From a virus (Duplodnaviria > Caudoviricetes), in IMG/VR virus record IMGVR_UViG_3300044972_002456, positions 1-40,103 of that record: 40,103 bases of DNA, one strand, 5' to 3'. This document shows, piece by piece, positions 27,060 to 35,371 of this stretch. The notes beneath the pieces were generated by a model, which saw nothing but the letters and a program-made list of their open reading frames with translations, made no database searches and was not told the origin of the DNA. Every line of letters starts with the position of its first letter. Positions within the stretch are counted from its first letter, which is position 1. Both the position numbers and the translations under genes were made by a program.

Positions 27060-28427
27060 TTAGTTAGAAACTACTGACTGTAACTGCGCAGCTGCCCTTT
27101 CTTCAACCAACTCAGCATAACCTTCTTCGTCCAAATGAGTTACCGCAATCCAAGCGTGAGACATTTCGTCTGCTGTACGACTACCGTCAACTACCCAGAA
27201 ATCTGGATCAGGGTTGTTCGGGTTGTTGGCTGTGTTATCATACCACTGCTTGATTACAAGGGTAGCTCCAACTGGAAGTAACGGAGCCACATCTTCTTCA
27301 TACAAATGACTGTGATGCCATGTTGCACTCCAATTAGAAATTTGACTGATTTGTTCAGTTCTACCTGTTTCAGGATAGTAAATTTCTAAAGAAGCTGCTC
27401 TTAAACGCAAGTGACCATGAGGCTGGAAGCTGTCGATTCTAACCGGATGATCAAATGAATGAAAGCCCTGAGTCATGGCAGTGCCATGTGGAGGAACAAT
27501 CAACTCGCCCTGATTCAATCTGTAAAGTTTTAGATCCTGCTTGTACTTCGCAACTTCTTCGTAGCCTTCAGGATGGAGCCAGATACCGATTTCAACAACG
27601 TTGTCCTCGATCACTGTGCCAGGAGCAGTTGCGCCTACGCCACCTGGGAACATATGAATGTCCCAACGAATTCTGGCATTAGCTGGAAGAGTACGGCACA
27701 CGTTGTCAGGAGCAATCTCGCCCCACTTGCCCATAGCGTATTCAGTCAACATACCAACATCTTCGTACTCGCCGTCAGCATTCATGATTTCTACATTAGA
27801 ATTAGCATGATGCACAACTGCTTTGGCATTACCCGCTGGTTTTACTTGAATCGCTTTAATGCAACGATCGGTTGTCAATCCAGTTTGCACATATGGACGA
27901 TGCCACATGTCGTTGCCCAGAGCAGGAACGTCAATTGGTGCAGAGTCTAGAATCAGACTTGGCGCACCAAACTGAGCAGCGAAGGTCCACTCATCTGCCG
28001 CTGGTAGATCAGCAACGGGGTGGCTGCGATCTCCCCAATCACCTTCGGGAGCACCTTGTGCGACCCATTGAGTAATTGTATTGATTTCTTCATCAGACAG
28101 ACGCCAGTCGCCTTGCAAATCCTGAATACCAATATGATCGTCATAAGAGTAAGGAGGCATTTCTTTGTTAGCAACTCTCATACTAACTAGAGGCGCCCAA
28201 GGACGAACTTGTTCATAGCTTGTTAATTGCATTGGGCCGATAGCACCTTCTCGGTGACACACTACGCAGTTATCTGTGATAATCTGCGCAACATGATCGG
28301 CATATGTAATCTGACTGTCAATTACTGACAAATCAGATTGTGCTTGAGCGGTTATGCCCAGCATTGTGAATGTAGCAGTAGCTACACCACGGTACACATT
28401 CTTTAAGTTAAAACGTCGATTTTTCAA
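27060..28427 (-). CDS. exported c-type cytochrome fused to a copper type II (PHM/DBH-like) monooxygenase domain
   Basis: Signal peptide ending AQA; CVVCH heme motif, MPP axial Met; VVHH, DIHM, PHGH, DEM copper ligands; TTG start with AAGGAG. Confidence 0.8.
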   Translation of the reverse strand: MKNRRFNLKNVYRGVATATFTMLGITAQAQSDLSVIDSQITYADHVAQIITDNCVVCHREGAIGPMQLTSYEQVRPWAPLVSMRVANKEMPPYSYDDHIGIQDLQGDWRLSDEEINTITQWVAQGAPEGDWGDRSHPVADLPAADEWTFAAQFGAPSLILDSAPIDVPALGNDMWHRPYVQTGLTTDRCIKAIQVKPAGNAKAVVHHANSNVEIMNADGEYEDVGMLTEYAMGKWGEIAPDNVCRTLPANARIRWDIHMFPGGVGATAPGTVIEDNVVEIGIWLHPEGYEEVAKYKQDLKLYRLNQGELIVPPHGTAMTQGFHSFDHPVRIDSFQPHGHLRLRAASLEIYYPETGRTEQISQISNWSATWHHSHLYEEDVAPLLPVGATLVIKQWYDNTANNPNNPDPDFWVVDGSRTADEMSHAWIAVTHLDEEGYAELVEERAAAQLQSVVSN

Positions 28428-28476
28428 TCGTTTTCTCCTTTATGTGTAAAAAAATACTTCATAGGAAGTACAATAT

Positions 28477-28484
28477 TATTTATA
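28477..28484 (-). promoter_or_regulatory. T4-type late promoter TATAAATA
   Basis: Exact consensus ~50 bp upstream of monooxygenase gene. Confidence 0.7.
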
Positions 28485-28497
28485 TAAATATAATTGC

Positions 28498-28716
28498 TTA
28501 ATTATTATATAATCCCAGTAGCCGGCGTAGCTTAGTTAACTCGTCTAAAAGTTGTTCGCGTGTTTGATTGGCTTTCTCTTCGTCAGCTGTGACAAAGATC
28601 TTTAGTGTACGCCCATCATCCTGCAAGTCAAACGTCATTCCAACGATCCCGTACTCCACGTATGATCTTCCTTTGGAATCAATTATCTCTAGTCTGCTTA
28701 CATTCTCATAGTTCAT
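28498..28716 (-). CDS. hypothetical protein
   Basis: RLEIID..GR, LQDDGRTLKIF motif common in phages. Confidence 0.7.
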   Translation of the reverse strand: MNYENVSRLEIIDSKGRSYVEYGIVGMTFDLQDDGRTLKIFVTADEEKANQTREQLLDELTKLRRLLGLYNN

Positions 28717-28760
28717 TACTTTAATCCAAAGTGTTCTTTGATTCTGGTATCAATACGTGA

Positions 28761-29258
28761 TTACTCATTAGGATATTCATCTGTAGAAATAAACACATAC
28801 TCTGTTTTTGGTGTATAAGGAAACTCAATAGGCACCTGTGAATCTTTATTAGTAAAATAAGACTTGTGCATCTTACCGTCTTCCTCACTCCTATACCACT
28901 CCCAGAACACCTTACCATCAATATAATAAGGCTGACCATTAAAACGATCTGCTGATTTAAATACAGCACTGCATCGGTTGTTTTGATATGTTTCGCTATC
29001 ACAGATATCAGAAACATTATTCCATTCCCAATCTTCACCAGTCAATGGAACAATCGGATAAAACTTTGCTAATTTAGAGAACAAATCAATAGCGTATGGA
29101 GCAGAGGATCCCGAGTGTCCTTCACCATTAAAAACATCTAATAGGGCAAGCACATGATTGCAAATCATTTCTTGCCAATCATCCACCCACACACCGTTCT
29201 CATCTATCCATCCTGCTGCACGAAACTCGTTCATTGCGTGAACTTTATAGTTGCTCAT
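28761..29258 (-). CDS. hypothetical protein
   Basis: GHSGSSA, PLTGEDWEW, YQNNRCS motifs. Confidence 0.75.
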   Translation of the reverse strand: MSNYKVHAMNEFRAAGWIDENGVWVDDWQEMICNHVLALLDVFNGEGHSGSSAPYAIDLFSKLAKFYPIVPLTGEDWEWNNVSDICDSETYQNNRCSAVFKSADRFNGQPYYIDGKVFWEWYRSEEDGKMHKSYFTNKDSQVPIEFPYTPKTEYVFISTDEYPNE

Positions 29259-29467
29259 TCTTTAACTCCAAAATGTCTTTTGATTCTGGTATCAATACGC
29301 TCGGGTATTTGCTGGTCTGTATATACACCTTCGTATATGGAAGCACATTCTCTCACAATCAACTCGGCGAACTCTCTCATTTGGTCAAAAGTGTATCCGT
29401 GCATATCGCCACGTTCAGGATCATATCCAAGCCATTCTTGGTCGGGGAGTTTAATTCGTTCGTTCAT
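29255..29467 (-). CDS. small paralog 3 (MNERI...FAELIVREC...HFGV family)
   Basis: Shared motifs with two upstream neighbours. Confidence 0.8.
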   Translation of the reverse strand: MNERIKLPDQEWLGYDPERGDMHGYTFDQMREFAELIVRECASIYEGVYTDQQIPERIDTRIKRHFGVKE

Positions 29468-29682
29468 TATTTTACTCCAAAGTGATTCTTTACATCTACC
29501 GCAGCCAAATCAGCAGGTCGTGTCCTGAGTTCAACAAAGATATCACAGCATTCCCGCACAATCAACTCGGCGAACTTTTCCACAAATTCTTCGTGTTGTC
29601 GCCATTGTTCATCATCAACCGTGGTTAATACTACCATTTGTCCTCTTGCATCAGCGGCAAGTTTTTTAATTCGTTTGTTCAT
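29467..29682 (-). CDS. small paralog 2
   Basis: MNKRI...FAELIVREC...HFGVK. Confidence 0.8.
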   Translation of the reverse strand: MNKRIKKLAADARGQMVVLTTVDDEQWRQHEEFVEKFAELIVRECCDIFVELRTRPADLAAVDVKNHFGVK

Positions 29683-29894
29683 TCTTCAACTCCAAAATGT
29701 ATCTTTAACGCACCACCTACTGTTTTAGATAAATTCTCACCACAGTAATCAATGCATTCTTTCACAATCAACTCGGCGAACTGTTCCATCTGTTCGTAAC
29801 TTCCACCAATTGAGTATCTACCCACAGTGATGTCATCGCCAAAATCCGCCAACACATTTGCTTGTTTAGCAATTTCTAAAATTCGTTTGTTCAT
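29679..29894 (-). CDS. small paralog 1
   Basis: MNKRI...FAELIVKEC...HFGVEE; ATG at 29894. Confidence 0.8.
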   Translation of the reverse strand: MNKRILEIAKQANVLADFGDDITVGRYSIGGSYEQMEQFAELIVKECIDYCGENLSKTVGGALKIHFGVEE

Positions 29895-29918
29895 CCCCAC
29901 GTCCTTTTGAAAGTCATT

Positions 29919-30074
29919 TTATATATCCTGACAGCACTGAGTTTCACATTCATCGCAACAAGTACAACAGTATTCATAGTCGTTGGATATTTCTGCTGCG
30001 TAGGGGCAAGTGTGCGGAGACTGGGCTTCGTTGTATTGGCATCGTGAACATAATACTACTTGATCGTCTTGCAT
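29919..30074 (-). CDS. 51-aa Cys-rich miniprotein, not in ORF track
   Basis: Hand translation MQDDQVVLCSRC...HTCPY...YCCTCCDECETQCCQDI; GGGAG RBS. Confidence 0.7.
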   Translation of the reverse strand: MQDDQVVLCSRCQYNEAQSPHTCPYAAEISNDYEYCCTCCDECETQCCQDI

Positions 30075-30107
30075 CTTCTTGCTCCCGTTTCATCAATTTA
30101 TATAACT

Positions 30108-30135
30108 ATTATAGCAGATTTGAGTAAGAAGTCAA
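30108..30135 (-). promoter_or_regulatory. sigma70-type promoter TTGACT-N16-TATAAT with extended -10
   Basis: Followed by the ATAAATTGATGA leader shared with the repeat promoters. Confidence 0.7.
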
Positions 30136-30138
30136 GCA

Positions 30139-30354
30139 TTATTCACAAGTTTCTACGGTTGAGTCAGGCTTGAATTTTGGTGCGAAGCCCCAACCATGGT
30201 AGTCTACCCCGTGTCCATGGTAGTAGTAAACTACTCCATTTAAACAAACTTCCGAAAGAGATTTCTCAATCCGGTGCGGGTTGGGGCGCGTATCATCAGC
30301 AGGTGAACAAGCAACCATTAAGGTCAGTGATAATAGGATAAATGCGGTTTTCAT
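30139..30354 (-). CDS. small lipoprotein
   Basis: Lipobox MVAC; AGGAG RBS. Confidence 0.7.
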   Translation of the reverse strand: MKTAFILLSLTLMVACSPADDTRPNPHRIEKSLSEVCLNGVVYYYHGHGVDYHGWGFAPKFKPDSTVETCE

Positions 30355-30510
30355 GTTATTGCTCCTGTTCAGTATAGGGCTTCTAATATAATTTCTCTAT
30401 TGGTCATATCACCAAACAACCTTTTCCGTAGGTTTCTCACAGTGACGCTACCATCAGCAAGCCAATCACAAACGCTATCGACAGAACGGCAATCATCGAA
30501 AAAAACTCTT

Positions 30511-30915
30511 TCATTGTGCTTCTCCTGAATTCATGTCGGCGTAAACAACAACCATGCATCTAAGATTATTCAGTATCAATGCAGCTGATGCTGTCTCATA
30601 CTTGCTGATCAGATTACTAGTAATACTGGTGCTGAAGGAAGGATACATAGCACCATTAATCACCTTGCTTGTTAGCATATCAATTAAGTTCGATACCGGA
30701 TCAGCTGCAGCATAATCTACTTCATGGTTCAGATAATCGACTACCTGCTTAAGAATCTTAATCTCTGCAGCAGCTGCAAATACATCCTGGGCCCAAGACA
30801 GAGTATAAGCAGGGTCCTTCTGGACAGCCTCAGCAAACTTGGCAATCTTCTCTTCTTTACCACGGATGTCTGACTCATAGCGGGTCAGCAACTTCTCTAC
30901 TGTAATTACTCTCAT
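30511..30915 (-). CDS. hypothetical protein
   Basis: 134-aa ORF with AAGGA RBS. Confidence 0.7.
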   Translation of the reverse strand: MRVITVEKLLTRYESDIRGKEEKIAKFAEAVQKDPAYTLSWAQDVFAAAAEIKILKQVVDYLNHEVDYAAADPVSNLIDMLTSKVINGAMYPSFSTSITSNLISKYETASAALILNNLRCMVVVYADMNSGEAQ

Positions 30916-30924
30916 ATTATTTCC

Positions 30925-31104
30925 TTAATCAAACAAGTTACCGGGGTGGCATACGAATTCATTCTTACCAGCATCAGCCCATACCATGGGATGCAGCTGC
31001 AACTTGTCAATCACCTGACGGTTGCACATCTCCATGGCTTTGCCAACAGACTCGGCAGTGAACTCAAAGGTTTCTTTCTTCACATAGAATTTAACAGTAA
31101 TCAT
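30925..31104 (-). CDS. 59-aa hypothetical protein (MITVKFYVKKETFEF...), not in ORF track
   Basis: Hand translation; first ORF after repeat copy 2 with GAGGA RBS. Confidence 0.7.
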   Translation of the reverse strand: MITVKFYVKKETFEFTAESVGKAMEMCNRQVIDKLQLHPMVWADAGKNEFVCHPGNLFD

Positions 31105-31117
31105 GCTGGTTTCTTCC

Positions 31118-31405
31118 TCTTCATCAATTTATAGTACCATTATAAACAGGTTTTAGGGCAATGTACAATTTATTTTCATTTATTTTTTGTAATAGAATCA
31201 ATGGCTTAGAAGCTTGCCTTTCTAAGCCATTGATTTGTAAGGAAATAAGAATTGTAATAAATTGTAACAAACTAAAAATAAATTGTTTAACAGAATCAAT
31301 AACTTAGAGGACCGCATCCAGAGACCCTCAGGCGGCGCTGGAGACACTTTTTCTGGAGGTGGTATGGTACTATTAGATAGGCTTTAAAGTGTCTCTCATG
31401 AGGTC
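31118..31405 (-). repeat. promoter cassette copy 2 (promoter 31139-31167 plus three IHF-consensus sites)
   Basis: Sites at 31196, 31223 (inverted), 31294. Confidence 0.9.
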
Positions 31406-31929
31406 TGGTGCTTTTGGCATAAAGTCCTAATCCAACTGGTGTCTGAGATATTACCAGAATTTCCACATACTTCACACGTAACAGCACTCATACTTTCTGC
31501 CATTCGCACGATTCCGTAAATAACATCGTCGCCACCATAGTAATAAAAATTGAGTGTGCCAAATTTTTCTTTTACTTGTGTTGCAACCACCTGAGGACAT
31601 GCTACTGGAACTAGTTTGAGCTGAGGCTCTGGCATACTCATTTCTTCGTCAATCCATCTTTGTTCCCATTTAGACAAACGATTGTAACTACTGTAATCTC
31701 CATCACAGGCTCTATTTAATGCACGATTAAATATCAATGCATGCACACGTCTGTTTCTAGTCCAATTAATATGGCTTTGAATATTAGCACACATCATATC
31801 AATAATATTATACCAACCATCACTATGATCAAATCCCCAACACATAGCAGTGTGAGTCATAGGTGCATGCCGATTCATAAAAATCCTAGGATATTTTTTA
31901 CAGAGCTGCGCATCAAGTTCTAATTTCAT
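31396..31929 (-). CDS. conserved phage hypothetical protein
   Basis: DGWY, QVKEKFGTL.FY, CEVCG...LC..H motifs. Confidence 0.75.
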   Translation of the reverse strand: MKLELDAQLCKKYPRIFMNRHAPMTHTAMCWGFDHSDGWYNIIDMMCANIQSHINWTRNRRVHALIFNRALNRACDGDYSSYNRLSKWEQRWIDEEMSMPEPQLKLVPVACPQVVATQVKEKFGTLNFYYYGGDDVIYGIVRMAESMSAVTCEVCGNSGNISDTSWIRTLCQKHQTS

Positions 31930-31935
31930 ATTGCA

Positions 31936-32127
31936 CTACCAATGCCTTATTACGTTGGCGAAAATAAAAAAACAAGTTATAACGTGTAAAACAATCCATG
32001 ATGTTTTTAAGATCAATGCAACTCTTGCTTCGCGCACTGTTAAAATAGGAACATCAGGTTTGCATTGATCAGTCTCACCCATCAAGTGACCTGTAGCTCT
32101 TGCCCATATTCGCTCAAATGAATTCAT
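31936..32127 (-). CDS. small membrane protein
   Basis: C-terminal hydrophobic helix ending RHW. Confidence 0.65.
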   Translation of the reverse strand: MNSFERIWARATGHLMGETDQCKPDVPILTVREARVALILKTSWIVLHVITCFFIFANVIRHW

Positions 32128-32196
32128 ATGTGTTTACCAATTGCTTTTCAATGTGACCATGGAAATGAGCTTCAAGTGCCTGCACGATTCTTTGTT

Positions 32197-32409
32197 TCAT
32201 AAACTATTATCCTTTACTAAATCTTCAAATGTGTTAAACAAACTTTCAAATCTCATTTTATAAATGGACTCTATTCCAATTAAAACATTAGCTACTTCAT
32301 CTTCAGTCATTTGAGGACCGTCAAGATATCTTTTTGTTAACATACTAATATCGTCTACCACATGCCAGCAATTCAATATTTCTTGTTCTAAATCAAATCG
32401 TGTTTTCAT
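32197..32409 (-). CDS. hypothetical protein
   Basis: RFDLEQEI..CW motif. Confidence 0.7.
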   Translation of the reverse strand: MKTRFDLEQEILNCWHVVDDISMLTKRYLDGPQMTEDEVANVLIGIESIYKMRFESLFNTFEDLVKDNSL

Positions 32410-32411
32410 AA

Positions 32412-32732
32412 TTAAATCTCAAGAGTAAGCCAATCAGTTTCTTGTGGTAATACTTCTACAGTAATATCGCTTCTTTCTTTTTGCATTTGATTTACAACAC
32501 CAGAGCTTTCTAAGTGCATGCCATAATTATCAATACCACACTCATAACACGATCCTGAAAAGCCATAAAACAAAAATGCATCTTCTGTTTTTTCAACTCT
32601 TTCGATACCAGAGTTCAATCTCCAAGATTGTCCACATGTATAACCACCATACCAAGAACCTAAAACTTTGTAAAAGGTTCCATCACTTGATGAAAATATT
32701 TTTAATACTACCCATCGGTCAGGTCTCGTCAT
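32412..32732 (-). CDS. hypothetical protein
   Basis: PDRWV, W.GGY, SWRLNSGI motifs; start MTRPD. Confidence 0.7.
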   Translation of the reverse strand: MTRPDRWVVLKIFSSSDGTFYKVLGSWYGGYTCGQSWRLNSGIERVEKTEDAFLFYGFSGSCYECGIDNYGMHLESSGVVNQMQKERSDITVEVLPQETDWLTLEI

Positions 32733-32734
32733 AA

Positions 32735-33457
32735 TTAATCCCAAAGTGCTTGATAATATTTTCCAAACAATCTTGTACCATTTTTGATACGATCTTCAAC
32801 TTTTTGCATACGATCATAATCAACTCTAAATGCATCAGGTCCTGTATCTGCTATTAGTTGTGACATACCATTCTCAAGTCGAATTGATTTCATACTAACA
32901 TTACCAGAATAAAACTCTTCTTGCCATCCTTCATCATTTACGATATGTTCAAACGCCCAGATCATTTCGTCCAACGCCCAATCCCAACGCTTAAAATGAT
33001 TCTCATCTGTATCCCAATCGTTTTCCTTTGCAGGCGATGATGTACTCTTTAGTTCTTCAGGTACATCTTCATCGTCCACAAACGGTGCGCCATGTTTTGT
33101 TTCTTTTAATTGCTTGAGCATGGGTAAAATAATCAGCGCTAATGTATGATCCATTGACCAAGTGTCCCATGGATCAATTTGAATCTTTATTGTGCGTTCG
33201 TTATTGCCTTGAATCCAGTATAGCAATCTGGCAAACCATGTTAATTTTCGATCATCGTTAAAAATAGAAAAAACTTCACCAACAGCAGGTTCAGGTTTAA
33301 CACTACCATAAGTCAACCACTCGCCAAAGTCATGAACCCAATCAGGCTCACTCTCCATCCCGTATTCATCGGGTACTGGTTTCGCCCAAAAACACAACTT
33401 CTTCGCTATATTATAGCAAGAGTAATGGTATTTGTATTTTCCTATTTTAACTTTCAT
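32735..33457 (-). CDS. conserved phage hypothetical protein
   Basis: WDTWSMDHTLA, EMIWAF, LFGKYY..LWD motifs. Confidence 0.75.
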   Translation of the reverse strand: MKVKIGKYKYHYSCYNIAKKLCFWAKPVPDEYGMESEPDWVHDFGEWLTYGSVKPEPAVGEVFSIFNDDRKLTWFARLLYWIQGNNERTIKIQIDPWDTWSMDHTLALIILPMLKQLKETKHGAPFVDDEDVPEELKSTSSPAKENDWDTDENHFKRWDWALDEMIWAFEHIVNDEGWQEEFYSGNVSMKSIRLENGMSQLIADTGPDAFRVDYDRMQKVEDRIKNGTRLFGKYYQALWD

Positions 33458-33459
33458 AA

Positions 33460-33705
33460 CTATTCCTTATATGCAACCAACACCTGCAATGCTTCCCACT
33501 GACCGTAAGTAAGACCAAACCTTTGTTCGCCACTTGAATTAACAGTAACATCGAATCCTTCGCCATTAGACCATTCACACACTTCAGCAAAGTCATGTTG
33601 TTTACTCAGGTGACAATAAGGATCCAGTTCAATAAACTTATTTTTTCGTTGATCAACTTTTATCACTATATATTTCCTCAAATACAAACCATTCACATAT
33701 TTCAT
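33460..33705 (-). CDS. hypothetical protein (true start probably ~33666)
   Basis: EWSNGEGFDV motif. Confidence 0.6.
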   Translation of the reverse strand: MKYVNGLYLRKYIVIKVDQRKNKFIELDPYCHLSKQHDFAEVCEWSNGEGFDVTVNSSGEQRFGLTYGQWEALQVLVAYKE

Positions 33706-33841
33706 TCATGACAGCTTGGTGTATAGCTTCTTTTATTTCGCCTTCAGATGGAGAGTCATTATGTTTGTGAGCGCGGTTATATCCATATTCAACACCTGCG
33801 CTGACAGCCATCTCCATTATGTTATACTCTTTTATCTTCAT
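33653..33841 (-). CDS. hypothetical protein
   Basis: G..RAHKH motif; strong GGAGGTGA RBS. Confidence 0.7.
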   Translation of the reverse strand: MKIKEYNIMEMAVSAGVEYGYNRAHKHNDSPSEGEIKEAIHQAVMNEICEWFVFEEIYSDKS

Positions 33842-34014
33842 ACCTCACCTCCATTGTCTGCTGATAGCCGCTGACCTTGACGGATTGTGTTTAGCTTGTT
33901 TGCAAGCTCCTTCGCTGCGGTGTCTCGGAATTTTGCAGAACAATTCACCTGCATCAATACAAGCAACTGCACGCCGTTTTCATCGTAAATACTACCTCCG
34001 ACTGCCTTATACAT
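33838..34014 (-). CDS. 58-aa hypothetical protein (MYKAVGGSIYDENG...), not in ORF track
   Basis: Hand translation; GGAGGTGA RBS; ATGA overlap downstream. Confidence 0.7.
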   Translation of the reverse strand: MYKAVGGSIYDENGVQLLVLMQVNCSAKFRDTAAKELANKLNTIRQGQRLSADNGGEV

Positions 34015-34032
34015 CACTCACCTCCCTTGCTG

Positions 34033-34317
34033 CTAAGAGCAGTGCTTTTCTCGCGCTAAATAAAGCCGTTCGAGGGCGGCCTCAGCTGCAATTACTTCGT
34101 CATAAGTTCCCATGTTTAAGTTGTTACACAGCTCAACAAGCGCCTCAAGTGCTGGCTCTAATTTTTCGTACTTATCCGCCACCGCCTCCCCGCTGTGTTG
34201 CAGGGCTGCTTGTAGTTTAATCAACTGCCTTATCGCTGCGGCAGCCAGCATGTGGTGGTCGCCTGACGTACTTGACCATTCCTCCATTGTGTCTGCCAAT
34301 AATTCCAAGTCACTCAT
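34033..34317 (-). CDS. hypothetical protein
   Basis: 94-aa ORF, coupled to upstream gene. Confidence 0.65.
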   Translation of the reverse strand: MSDLELLADTMEEWSSTSGDHHMLAAAAIRQLIKLQAALQHSGEAVADKYEKLEPALEALVELCNNLNMGTYDEVIAAEAALERLYLAREKHCS

Positions 34318-34607
34318 ACCGTTTCCTTGACTGCTGATAGCATTGCGTCACGACAAGCATTCCAACCGTCTACGTACATCTTGCCGTCCCTGCCCTCTAG
34401 TTGATTCCAGACTTTTGCTTCAGGAACCACCGGCTCCCCGCTTTGCAGTGCTTTCAATTCTGCAAGTGCTGCCACGGCGTTTGACTTTAAAAACCTGTCA
34501 TACGCGACTATCTGGTAGGCTGTTATATCTGAATCACATGGACTTTCGTCTATGTAATCCAAAGCAGATTCCAAAGCTTCTATCGCCTTGCTGATTGCGT
34601 CACTCAT
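34314..34607 (-). CDS. hypothetical protein (GWNACR..ML motif typical of temperate-phage early genes)
   Basis: 97-aa ORF, GGAGGTGA RBS. Confidence 0.7.
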   Translation of the reverse strand: MSDAISKAIEALESALDYIDESPCDSDITAYQIVAYDRFLKSNAVAALAELKALQSGEPVVPEAKVWNQLEGRDGKMYVDGWNACRDAMLSAVKETV

Positions 34608-34610
34608 ACC

Positions 34611-35081
34611 TCACCTCCCTTGCTGAAAATTCAAAGTATTGTTCTGCACTTCGAGGACAAACTCCCCATCTTCAACAGACACGTTAACAAATGTTTGCAA
34701 ACTATCAGCACTACATCTCAAGTAATCACGCCCACCATCAATCATGTATCCGTCTTTCATTATGCAGTCATGGCGAAATCGACTCACAATCACCTCACCA
34801 TCCTTTGTTAGGATACCGGTGATAGGAGAACTGAACGCACTTGATGCATCAGTAATGTATGAAGTGTCGCCGTCACGCCTAAACATACCAAAGTAATTAG
34901 TATGCCCCTTGCTACGATCAGGTTCAGCAACATAGAACACATCAACTGGTGATTCATTCCAGCCATCTCTTAGGTTCTTAGTACACCAGTATCCCATATA
35001 CTTGGCATTATACATTTCTTCTATCTTAGCAATCGAGTCTGGACCATAATGGTAACCATTTTGAGGAATCTTTATAAACAT
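34611..35081 (-). CDS. hypothetical protein
   Basis: SR.RHD, IDGGRDYLR motifs. Confidence 0.7.
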   Translation of the reverse strand: MFIKIPQNGYHYGPDSIAKIEEMYNAKYMGYWCTKNLRDGWNESPVDVFYVAEPDRSKGHTNYFGMFRRDGDTSYITDASSAFSSPITGILTKDGEVIVSRFRHDCIMKDGYMIDGGRDYLRCSADSLQTFVNVSVEDGEFVLEVQNNTLNFQQGR

Positions 35082-35095
35082 TTTTTTTCTCCAAT

Positions 35096-35359
35096 TTAAG
35101 CTAATACTTTATTTTCAGGAAGTTCTTTCCAATTAAAGTAAGCTAGCCGCGCCCAATTGACGCCATATACAAAAACTAAAAGCATAACTCCATATTGAGC
35201 ATTTACCCATGCTGTAAAAAACCAAAATGGTTCTCCAAACAATCCAACTAATCCAGCATAATATCTCATACGCGGATCTTGAGAAGCCATTAAGTACAAT
35301 GACGTAAACCCCGTAAAAGTAATAATCCCTTGAGAAGCATAATCTAAAATATCTAACAT
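35096..35359 (-). CDS. small multi-pass membrane protein (PnuC/SemiSWEET-like three-helix size)
   Basis: Three hydrophobic segments. Confidence 0.55.
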   Translation of the reverse strand: MLDILDYASQGIITFTGFTSLYLMASQDPRMRYYAGLVGLFGEPFWFFTAWVNAQYGVMLLVFVYGVNWARLAYFNWKELPENKVLA

Positions 35360-35371
35360 TAACTTTTTACC

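Noticed and set aside
28483-28490. Plus-strand TATAAATA suggesting a divergent late promoter
   Set aside because: No plus-strand gene follows; likely a by-product of AT-rich near-palindromic sequence
28721-29038. 105-aa minus-strand ORF, and similar nested ORFs at 3874, 12738, 14494, 22397, 23114, 24310, 24658, 27953, 31296, 36127 and 36693
   Set aside because: Alternate frames inside better-supported genes or inside the repeat element
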